A DNA stretch of 64,000 nucleotides from Leidyana gryllorum EB-2025a (taxonomy: Eukaryota > Protista > Apicomplexa): the NCBI GenBank assembly GCA_048772705.1, contig JBLWGC010000126.1, positions 1-64,000 of the forward strand. The letters run 5' to 3'. Made by a program: the position numbers and the translations under genes. This document shows positions 54,042 to 64,000 of this stretch, one piece after another (position 1 is the first letter of the stretch; the number at the start of each line of letters is the position of its first letter). The notes below the pieces were generated by a model. That model saw only the letters and a list, made by a program, of their open reading frames with translations. It did no database searches and had not been told where the DNA came from.

Positions 54042-55976
54042 ATGGCACAAACGTATCAACTGCACTTAAAGGACGGAACCGCTATAGTTCGGATCATAGA
54101 TCCTGATGACCTCTTCTCAGCAGCCAGCGCACAGCAAACCTGTGAATGCCCACCGCCCCCGGACTGGCACACCAAAGTGATCCTGCAAGTTGTACACTTT
54201 ACAGCGACAGATGTCGATCCTCTTGAGGATCAAGAGAACTCGGCGAGTGGTACCGCACAGAACTATCAGTTTCGGGACGATAACGATTCTTCGCTTATGA
54301 GCAGCAAAGACTATGTTGTAGAGGAGGACGCTTGTGACGTGCGTGTGTCTATCGGCAGTACTCCAGCCACGTCTCCTGTGGAAGAACGCCAGCACGGTAT
54401 CGATGCTATTGGTCGTCGTGCAGTTGACGAGGAGGAGGAAGAAGAAAGTGGCAGCACCGGTCGCGGTGGCAGCACCAGTGCGTCCTGGATGACCCGTTTG
54501 TTTCCTCAGATATTCAAAGGGAATCGCGCGTCTCTGCTGGCAGACCAAGACGATGCGAGTCTGGAATCCCCCCTCCTGCGTGCCCAACCGCGTCTCCCCC
54601 CCAATCACAAACGATATTCCGAATACAACAGCGCCGACTCGGGCCAAGAAGAGGAAGACGAAGACGAGGACGAGGACGCGGGAGACAACAACAACTGTGA
54701 CGACGACGAGGAGGAGGAAGAGGAGGAAGAGGACGACGACGGGGAAGAAGAGGACTCGGAGAGTCGCGAAGAGTGGCAGCCCGCCCAAAGTGTCCCAGCG
54801 GCGGCTCGGTACGAAGGAGACGGCGGGTGTTCGCGAGGAGACTCGGATGCCGAGCGAACGGAGGAATCCGTTCACGTTGAGCAAAATGTCAGTGAAAGTG
54901 AAGATGAGGAGCAGCCGTTGGTGGTCGAGCCCGTGGGTCCCGGCGGATGGGGCGCTGTGTCGAGTCAACGGTCACAGAGCAGCAGCCTCGGCTCCAGTGC
55001 TGCTCCTCCAGTGTCGTATACAAACATCACCGCGTCGAATCACCATCGACAGAGAGTCACACGGGCTGTGCGTCAGCAGGAATTGCCGATCAAAACTCGA
55101 TCTCCGCCCGTTGTGGTCCCTCCGACCGAAGAGTCACCGGTGGTGCGGCCAATAATGCCCGCGCATAAAGTTGTGGGAACATCTTTGAGTAATGTTCCGT
55201 TGACGGCGGAGAGAACCACGCGATCGGGGATGACCACATCGCCCTCGCGGCAGGGACGGCTCCACGGGGATCAGGTGTTGATCCCGAAGCCCGATACAAT
55301 TCTGTTGAGAGTCCCGGTAGGCGGACGGGCCGGCGTGTGTGCCTCGGGTGTCGAGTCGACGTTGATGCCTCCACCCAAACACGAGTGGATAAACCATTTG
55401 GATCGATTTGGTCCAGCCGAGGAGGAAGTGGGCGTGTCGCCTAACGCTACTGATTCAGATGAGAACGAGGAGGAGGAGGAGTCGTCGCCTTCTTCGTCGT
55501 CGTCGTCGTCGTCAGAGTCGCCCGCCTCCTCACCGCCCTCTAAACAAAAACGGCGACGGATGAATCAATGGTCCAAATTTGATCTCGGGGGATCGGATGA
55601 CGAGGACGAGGAGGAGGAGGACGTCGCCGTCGCAGACGCAAACGAGGCCGCTGCGGGGGAAGGAGTGCATCATCGAGGCGGCACCTCACGAGGACGGGGA
55701 GGCGGCGGCGAGTCGGTGGCGGTTAATCGTAAGAAGAGAGCGCCTCCCCCCCCAACGATGACGAAGAGCCCTGCACCCCCTCCTCCAGGTAGAGGCGCAG
55801 GCAGTGCATCAGCAAGTCGATCGAAGCGTCAAGCGCCTCTTCCATCATCAGCTGCGCGAAAAGCACCGTCCACAGTCGGAAGAGGGCGGAAGGCGGCTGG
55901 AGCGACACCATCTGTATCGACAACGCCGTGTACAACGGGGCGTCGTCGTCGACGAGGGGGCGCCGCTGCCAATTAG
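54042..55976 (+). CDS. Large acidic, Ser-rich low-complexity protein with basic C-terminus
   Basis: 644-aa ORF with poly-D/E tracts and KQKRRR / RRRRR NLS-like clusters. Confidence 0.7.
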   Translation: MAQTYQLHLKDGTAIVRIIDPDDLFSAASAQQTCECPPPPDWHTKVILQVVHFTATDVDPLEDQENSASGTAQNYQFRDDNDSSLMSSKDYVVEEDACDVRVSIGSTPATSPVEERQHGIDAIGRRAVDEEEEEESGSTGRGGSTSASWMTRLFPQIFKGNRASLLADQDDASLESPLLRAQPRLPPNHKRYSEYNSADSGQEEEDEDEDEDAGDNNNCDDDEEEEEEEEDDDGEEEDSESREEWQPAQSVPAAARYEGDGGCSRGDSDAERTEESVHVEQNVSESEDEEQPLVVEPVGPGGWGAVSSQRSQSSSLGSSAAPPVSYTNITASNHHRQRVTRAVRQQELPIKTRSPPVVVPPTEESPVVRPIMPAHKVVGTSLSNVPLTAERTTRSGMTTSPSRQGRLHGDQVLIPKPDTILLRVPVGGRAGVCASGVESTLMPPPKHEWINHLDRFGPAEEEVGVSPNATDSDENEEEEESSPSSSSSSSSESPASSPPSKQKRRRMNQWSKFDLGGSDDEDEEEEDVAVADANEAAAGEGVHHRGGTSRGRGGGGESVAVNRKKRAPPPPTMTKSPAPPPPGRGAGSASASRSKRQAPLPSSAARKAPSTVGRGRKAAGATPSVSTTPCTTGRRRRRGGAAAN

Positions 55977-56020
55977 TTAGATACCTTTTCCTGCCGGCGG
56001 CCCAAGCAGCTGACGCCAAG

Positions 56021-59000
56021 ATGGTGTTTGGATTCCACTTAGGTAGTAACGCTAAAAGGGATAAACAACACCGACCTCAACCAACTTGCTCTTCACCTTT
56101 TTCGTCCATGTTCGCCGCTCCAAATGCGTTAATCGCCAAGCAGCTGATCGATGAGCACGATGCCTTTGTTTTTGGTGAGAACGTGACATGAAGCAGGAGT
56201 GAGCTATGCATCATGGATCGACTCGGCAGATATGGATGGCGTTCTCTGGCGTGGGGGATCCCTCATCGAGGGCGCTGTTGAAGCCATCCGCTACTTGAAT
56301 GAGGAACAAGGCAAACAGATATTCTTCGCCACCAACAATAGTATGACCACTCCCCGGGAAGTGAGTTGCCAACCCAACCGGTGACTGACAACATATCCTT
56401 CTTTCCCCCCACCGACAGCTGGCTGAGCGTCTTGAACGACTCGGGTTTGGTGCCTTCCCCGAGGATCGGTTTTATTGTACGGCCTGGGTTGCCGCTGAAG
56501 TACTCAAAGAGAAAGGCATCAAGGGGAAGGTGTACGTGCTGTCATTATATACATTCATTCATGACAATCACAACAGGCTCGTGCTCGGTACAGAACCTTT
56601 AGCATCAAGTTTGAGCAAAGTTGAAGGTGTTGAAGTAGTAACGCTAACGACGCGGCCTACCATGCCGGCTGAAATGGACTCCGTCCCGGTAAGCTCGGAC
56701 TCCTACCTGTGCCCTCGCCCACGGCTGTAATACCTCATCACTCAGGTAGACACGTCAATACAGGCCGTCGTCATAGGATTCGATCCGGCCTTCTGCTATT
56801 ATCGGCTGGCATACGCCTCCTGTTTGCTCCGGGAACAACCAAATATCGTTTACATCGCAACTAACGAAGATATGAACTTCCCCACCAAGCGACACAAGAC
56901 TCCGGGAGCTGGTAAGTACCCGATGGTCCCACGCCCAACCGCCCAGTCAATACAAACACGTGCGTGCTCCAGGCACCGTTTTGATTTGCAGGGTCACTCG
57001 TACGCTCTCTCACTGCCGCTGCCGGAAGACATCCCATTGTGTGTGGCAAACCAAGTACTCTCATTGCCGATCACCTAGTTCAGTAAGTGCCGGACCCCCC
57101 AAACCTCACCACCATATTCCCCCCACAGCAAGCATAACCTGCGCCCCGAGCGCGTCTGTATGGTAGGAGATAACCTGCTGACGGACATCGCGTTTGGACA
57201 TAAAGCCAAATTCACGACCCTTCTGGTTGAGTCTGGAATGCACTCACGAAACGACGTGGAACGCATCTGTGGCAACACTAACAACAACAACAGCAACAGC
57301 AACAACAACATGAGCCACAACCCGCAACACAACCACGGCTGCCGTCTGCATACCGGAGGTGGCGGTGCCAACAATAACCTTCAATCTGGCGTCGACTCCG
57401 CTAACGAAACAGCCGGTGCTTGCGTTATCCGCAAGAGTCTCGACTCACCTGTTGACTGCTCTTCTGTCAAGGCTGTCGAGGTCATTCGCGAAAGAAGGCG
57501 ACATGAGCGCGAGGATCTACGTATCCGCAGGCGCTCCGAACGCGAGGAGTCGTATGAACGCCGCCTCCGACTCCGTGAAGAAGACGAAGAACACCGCCGT
57601 GTTGTACGCCAAGAGATTGCGTCCCGCATCCTGCAACTCAAGGCCGAAGAGGAAGCTATAAAGGAGCGCCTCCGCGTCGAGCGCAAAGAGTTCAAAGAAA
57701 GACAGAAACATGAACGTGAAGAGTCCCAGGTACGATACACACACACACACGCGCGCCCGCATATTCCGAACACACCGAACACACACATTTCGAACACCGA
57801 ACACACCGAGGACTTTTCGGGCACAAGTGCAATGTGAGAGATCGGCTGTGTGACTTTGGGCTGGAAACGGTGATATCTTCACCGCTTTCGTGCTGATGAC
57901 TTTTGATGTCGATCTTTCTCCCTCTCCCTCGGCCCCATTCCGATTACTTTCCCCTCTGTGCCCCGGTCGATCCCGTCTCACCGTTTGTTTGTAATCTTCT
58001 TCTTTCTTGTGATCTGATGGTTGTTATGTAAATAGGAGCGCCGTATCCGCCTGGAAGGAGAATTGGAGGCAATTGAAGAGAAGCTTCTGTTGGAGAAGGA
58101 GCGCGAGCGGGAGGAGGAGCACCGCGAGCGCGAGGAGTTGCGTGAACTGCGTCGTAGAGAGAAAGAGGAGCTACGCCTGCTGGAGGCCCGCTACAAGGAA
58201 GAGGCGCAGGGCAGAAAGTTGCGTGCGAGACAGGAGCGTGAGGAGTTGGAGGAAATGTTGCGCAGGGAGAGAGAGAAGTTGCGCGAAAAGTACGAGGCGT
58301 TGGAACGCAAGGCCGAAGAGCGCATAGCGATGGAGAAGAGCGAGCTGGAGAAAGTACATCGTAGCCGTCGTTCAGAGTCCCAAGAACGACATGCACAGGC
58401 CAAACGCGAGGCCACCGCTGCCATCAAAGCGCTGGAAGAAGCCATCGAAGTGTTGGAGGACCGTATGCGCAAGGAAGAAGAGAGTGTTCGTGAACGACTG
58501 CGTATGGAGAAGGAGGCCTTGCAGGTCCGCTTGGAGCGTGAAATGGTGGAGTTCCAACGCCGCCACAAAGAGGAGTACGAGAGACTGGCAGAACGTCGTC
58601 GCCGTGAAAGGGACGAAAGTCAGGAGCGCAGAAGACACTTCCGTGAGGACTCCCAGGAGCGTCGCATGCGTCTCCGCCGTGAACGAGAAGAAGTCAGAGA
58701 AATCCACAAAGTCGAACGCAGCGCCAGCCACGAACACTATCGCGTCAGTCAAGCCGAGCGTCGCGAGAAACTCCGTCTGCAACGTCACGAGGAACTCGAA
58801 TTCCGCAAACAGGAAAGAGAAGCCAGCCTCGAATGTATCCGACGCGAACGCCAAGCCAGTCTCGAAAGAGCCCGAACTGCCTGTGCCGAAGCTGAAGAGC
58901 GCCGCCGCCGCCATGCCAACGAATGCATTCTTGTCAACTCGACATCCGCCCAAGATCAAAGCTCATCCCCAGCCCCCGTAGGCGGCTGCAGCACTAACAA

Positions 59001-59328
59001 AGTTGAGGTCACCACCAATGTTGATGCACCACCCAAACGTCGTGGATTTCTGCGCGGACTCATCAGTCGTGATAACACAGCCGGCGGCGAATCCACCACC
59101 TGTGTCACCAAAATCGACCCCACAGGTGGAAACGGAGAGACCTCGACCACCTATGTTGTCCGCACCCGCGGCGTTGGAGGAGGAAACGCCATGGTCTCGG
59201 ACGCTCTCCTCGAGTCCTCCAACAATAATCGCCGAAACTCATTCGAATCCGCCGACCATCAAGTGAGTTACTGACACCTCAATAGTTTCTTCGCCCCGAA
59301 GATGTATTAGATCTACGAGGAAGATTAG
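56021..59328 (+). CDS. HAD-IIA phosphatase (phosphoglycolate/pNPP phosphatase-like) fused to a long Arg/Glu-rich helical tail
   Basis: DAFVF|DMDGVLW, FATNNS, IATNED, CGKPS, MVGDNLLTDIAFG. The last HAD exon reads without a stop into R/E repeats; intron 57730-58035 joins in frame to ORF 58063..59274. Confidence 0.8.
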
Positions 59329-59745
59329 CAGCAGCTGCTATCATCTGACCTTCCGCCTGTTCTGCCGCCGCCTCTTCTTCCTATCCATAACAATCCTCAT
59401 TTTGCTTCTTCCTCCTCAGGACGCCCTCAAATTCAGCAGCTCGAGTAGCTCCGAAAACTTCGTCGTGACCTCATCAATTGTGGAAGGCGGCGGTATTCCC
59501 AAACCAGACTTCGTGCTCCCCACTCTTGGGGCCATCCTCGTCAATAGGGAGCAAATCAACAAGGAGAAAACTACACAAGACACCAACTAAAGCTCGGCTG
59601 ACCTTGTTTTCCGTTGAATGGGCGAGCGAATATTTATGCTGCCAAACCGATAAAGTAAGTGTGACGTGTGTTCGTCACCCAACGGTCTGGGACGCGCATG
59701 TGAGTTATTCTTCTCATTTCCGATACTAACCTCTAAACACACCAA

Positions 59746-60642
59746 ATGAAGAGGAAACACCGACAACACATAGTAAATGATGCTCAAGAACCCAAACGTA
59801 CACATATGCTTCGCACTTCTCCCACTCTGAACGAAATGCAACGAGCACATGCTCAACTCGTATCCTTCGCCCAATCCACCGCAACAAGTATTCCATCACA
59901 CCACGACGGAGAGGATCAACACAAACAACAAGCTCTCCTCGGCTCCCAAAAGTTACCTACAAATGGCAGGGAATGGAAGATTCCACACTGGTTCATGCCC
60001 GCACATACGATACAGTATACCAGGTCAACCTTCTCGGCCGCTGGACGACCAGGACAACCGCCCGCGCCGCCTGTCGAGCCATTCTACAGAATGCTCACAA
60101 AGTGTCTCCATCTCGCACCGCATCCCACTTCCTCACCTTCATCTGCCCTACAGTCACAGTTCCATCAATTGTACAAATTCATCGTCTCCCATCCCGACGA
60201 TATGACTTCTTGCGAAAGTCTCCCCTGTCAAGCGTTCGACAAAGTCACTCAAGACTTCGAACTCCAAAACCCCCAACTTCAGGAACTCCCTCAATCTGTA
60301 CCTAACATCTCCAGGTCGCCTTCTCATCTGAAGAAAAACGTCAAACGACAGATTGGGATGGGATCCGGACTCTCCCCTGCCGTCCCAAGTCTCCCAACAC
60401 CCAACGCCTCACCTGGAACTCTGGCTCAAATTGGAGCAATCATCAAACCTGAACAAGATGCACTTTTAGACGCCCCAGACTCGACGACCGACACTCCTAT
60501 CTCTTCTCCTCCTCCATTAGATCATCTCGCCGCCACTACAACATCGTCTATCATAACTGCAGATAGTGAAGACTTCCATATCACACCGACCACAGCCACC
60601 AAAAGACCGAGAAAGCGAAGAAGGAAGAATGTGAATCAGTAG
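59746..60642 (+). CDS. Hypothetical nuclear protein
   Basis: 298-aa ORF with basic clusters MKRKHR and KRPRKRRRK. Confidence 0.6.
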   Translation: MKRKHRQHIVNDAQEPKRTHMLRTSPTLNEMQRAHAQLVSFAQSTATSIPSHHDGEDQHKQQALLGSQKLPTNGREWKIPHWFMPAHTIQYTRSTFSAAGRPGQPPAPPVEPFYRMLTKCLHLAPHPTSSPSSALQSQFHQLYKFIVSHPDDMTSCESLPCQAFDKVTQDFELQNPQLQELPQSVPNISRSPSHLKKNVKRQIGMGSGLSPAVPSLPTPNASPGTLAQIGAIIKPEQDALLDAPDSTTDTPISSPPPLDHLAATTTSSIITADSEDFHITPTTATKRPRKRRRKNVNQ

Positions 60643-61057
60643 TAGTTCAACTGTGTGCTTCAAGATAGCTTCGTGAGGAAGGAAAAAATGCATTGTCATC
60701 ATCGGAAGTGGGCAGGCAGACAATTATCTCCCCCGATGATGCTTGCTTCCGCTGATAGATCAGCCGATTGATCTCCTGCCTGCGTCTCTGTCTGCTGTTG
60801 CCTGTCTATGCTGTGATGATGTTGTGAGCAGTGTCGCTTTCATTACCTTGCTGCTGCTGCTCGTCAGACCAATCGGCCCGCCAATAATTCAGCCGCCTAG
60901 TGGTGGTAGTCACAGGAGCAGATAAAAATCGTTCTGGTAGCTCGCATTCCTTGCTAAAACTCACTATCCCTTGAACGAAGTCTTCTACCAATCCATCGTT
61001 CTGCTAACCTAATTGGCGTGCCACAGTTCACGCCAATCCATACAACCACTTTCAACA

Positions 61058-62081
61058 TCATCTGCGTTTCCTGGAACCCTTTCCGACCGCGCCCGGACTC
61101 CGCCCATATCGATACACCGTTGCGTACCGTTTCGGACTTGTCGCAGAAGCTGACGGTTGGGATCCGGTAGTCAACATCATCACAGATCGAGCAGGTACCT
61201 GCAACTGTGGTACGCACCTGGCAAGATCTGGATGTTTGACATATCCGGGCTCGCACAAGCAACGGGCCGACGGAGCGGCTCCATACTTCATACTTTCATC
61301 ATCCGTATTGGGAACCAAACATATTGAGAATGGGCCACATCCTCCGTTGTTCACACTGCAAGGATCGTTATGCTGTGTCACACCTAAAAACACAGAACCG
61401 CCATCAGACAAATCAATAACAAAACACTCGATAAGAGCACCATAATCAAACACGTCCACGAACAGCCCGTCTGCCTGTCCGAGGGCGGGGAGTTTGTGTT
61501 GCTATCTTTAAAGCTGATTGTACAGCTTGCCGCTTCTTCGGGCCGTGTCGTGAAGCATGCGTGGGTACGTGATGGGGGAAGGGAGAGTGATTGGGGGATG
61601 GAGTGGATTTGGAGCGAACACCCCTTCTGTTCCGAGGCACTCTCCGAGCTTGGAAGATTGCATCCTGGGTTGGGCGTTTCGGATGAGCAGTGGTGTTCGA
61701 GAGGCCACTGCTCGATTTGAGCCGATGGTGGGAGTGAGCGGTTATCGGCAGGAGAGAGGCAACAAAAGAAGTCAGGAGATCATTCTGTCGCCTGTCTGTG
61801 AGTAATTGCGGAGCCTCCATAATCAGCTTGTGAGTCAATAAGGAGATGTCGTGGACCTCGAGCAAGCTCTCAGAATCCCCGACAATAGACTCATCAGATT
61901 GCTGCTCTTCCTCCACAACCTTCGGGAGAGGATCGACCTCAAGCGCCAGAGTGACCTCCTTCAGCGATAAGAATTGCGGCGGTGCATCCGCAACAACATC
62001 TAGAGTTTTCAAATGAGATGACAACTCGAAGATGTTCTTCGGAGTGGCGGAGCAGTGAGGAGATTGCCTAGCCTCCCGCAC
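61058..62081 (-). CDS. EGF-domain-containing segment (possibly 3' exons of the subtilisin gene)
   Basis: DPCSVNNGGCGPFSIC...CLCEPGY...RC EGF motif; exon linkage unresolved. Confidence 0.5.
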
Positions 62082-62334
62082 GACGAGAAAGAGTGATCAA
62101 GAGGTTCACACGTTGGCAATGGGAACCAGGCGGGTGCGATCTCATCGTCCAAGTCCTCACGTCGAGTGTGACGCTGTGGTAGGCAGCCCCGAGCAATAGA
62201 TCGTCAGTGGGTGGAGATGGCAGAGAGGAGTATGGGAGGATCGGCATGGAGTGAGCAGACGGTAGTGCAGGGGTAGATCTGCGTTTGCTGTGTGTGGAGA
62301 GATACACAGGGAGAGGCAGATTGGAACGTACATC

Positions 62335-64000
62335 CTATCGAATGTGTGTGTAAAATATACCTCGAGGTAAAGCAGCATTGGGCAGTCCCCCAGCGATAGT
62401 GCGTTCAGCGGGAACGGTTATATTGGCGACTGGTTCACATTTTGCGCCCTTCTGGATCCATGCAAGACCATTCCATTGGGTTTGAGGTGGGCATTGACAA
62501 TCGAAAGCTCCTTCGGTGTTGATACATATAGCATTTCGCGGACATATGTGGGGGTCCAGAGCACATTCGTCGGTGTCGATACATTTTCCCAAGTGTTCAT
62601 TCTTTGAGAACCCGGCTTTGCATAAGCATCGGTTGTAATTCGCTTCAGGTCCTCCGAAATCGCAAACTTGGTCTTCCCCACACTCGGCACTCGTTTCGCA
62701 TTCATTCTTGGCAACACAGCGTCCTGAAACGTGGCGGTAGCCTACGTGGCATCGGCACCGGATTCCGTTCACGGTGTCTACGCAATGACTGCGCTCCGGA
62801 CAAATATCATTGGTAGCGCACTTCATATTTTGGATTTCTTGGGGTGCTACAGTGGTCAAAGAGGTGGGATCGTCATACGGGGCATCGTTGGCGTCCCCTG
62901 GTTTCTGTCGCCCAGCAGCATTGGTTATAGCCGCATAGATGTCCAAAGTGCCACCACTTGCTACTCTGTTCTTCAGAGACGGCAACTTCTTGACATTGGA
63001 CAATAGCCGGTCAATCACTTCTTCGGCGGTGAGCTCCGGTTCCCGACTCCATATCAAGGCCGCGGCTGCGCTCACGAAGGGGGTTGAGAAAGAAGTTCCG
63101 TCCATGGTGTTATAGCGATGTGCTAGTGAAGTCGACAGAATCTTGACTCCAGGAGCTGCGATATCCACAGCTTTTTTCCCGTAACAGCTGAAGGGTGCCA
63201 ATTGACCTTCAGAGTCAATCGCGGCCACCTGGAAGTACATGCTGTCATACTGACAAGTAATATATATTACTCACCGATACTATATTGCTGTCGTTATAGC
63301 TGGCCGGGTAGGTTGGCTGCATCCCATTGAAGTCGTTGTTGCTCCCGTAATTGCCCGCAGCTGCCACGAAGATCATCCCCTGCTTTCGGGCTCGACGGAC
63401 AGCTGTTTTCAAAGCCGCGAAAGAGCTCCCGCGGCCGCCGTATGAGTTATTGCTGACCTTCACACCTTGGACCACGGCATAATCAAGAGCCTGCGTTATA
63501 GATTGATGCCATCCATGTCACCTATGTACCTTTATAAAGCCAGATATGGTGCCTCGAATGTCTTTGTCCAAAGTGCGCAGAATCATGAGCCGGCAACCCC
63601 AACACACACCAGCGACACCGATTCCATTATTGGTCACAGCCGCCACGATGCCAGCGGATGCCGTCCCGTGTCCGTTCTCATCTTGAGGGGTGTTGTCGTT
63701 ATCGATCCAGTCCTGTAAGGAGTAAAAAAGTAGCATACCGCGATCGGTTTTGGCGTCTACTCACCCAGCCAATGCAGTCGTCGACATATCCATTTCCGTC
63801 ATCGTCTATACCGTTGAAACAGTCGGTCTCGCCAGTATTTCGCCAGTACTGGGCTTTCAGATCAGGGTGCTCCAGATCTACCCCAGAGTCGACCAGGGCA
63901 ACCACGAAGTTCGAGTGGTGCGCAGTCCACACCTTCCAAGCCTCGGGAGAATTCACACCAGTTTTCTTGTTATGATGAGCCCACTGATCGAAGTACAGAG
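62335..64000 (-). CDS. Subtilisin-like S8 protease with C-terminal EGF domains (5' end outside window)
   Basis: Catalytic triad motifs VDSGVD, GHGTASAG and GTSFSTP; oxyanion AAAGN; three EGF-like repeats including cbEGF-type DTDEC..C.NTEGAFDC. Confidence 0.93.

Overview
Gene-dense eukaryotic genomic DNA, most likely an alveolate or apicomplexan (gregarine-like). The evidence is short GT-AG introns (mostly about 35-55 nt), a CPW-WPC protein, an EGF-bearing subtilisin and a formin. Recognisable housekeeping genes are UCH37, a HECT E3, RPT3, an EMC2-like TPR protein, Tudor-SN, ASCC1, a HAD-IIA phosphatase and an unkempt-like CCCH zinc finger, often separated by only 0-50 nt. The standout region is 5.3-21.1 kb, a tandem, co-directional, intron-free array of six UvrD/PcrA (SF1A) helicase-fold genes plus one orphan ORF. 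One copy has all catalytic motifs. One has an altered Walker B and an acidic tail. Four are remodelled pseudo-helicases that lost the P-loop and motif IV, gained Pro-rich linkers and share a new C-terminal signature (G[FLY]ND...G[FV]GPxWR); one of them ends in a SIM-like motif. Other probable pseudoenzymes are a peroxiredoxin-metacaspase fusion lacking all catalytic residues, directly upstream of the array, and a glutamate dehydrogenase lacking its catalytic lysines. Gene models were assembled by eye and family calls come from motif recognition; no database search was run.
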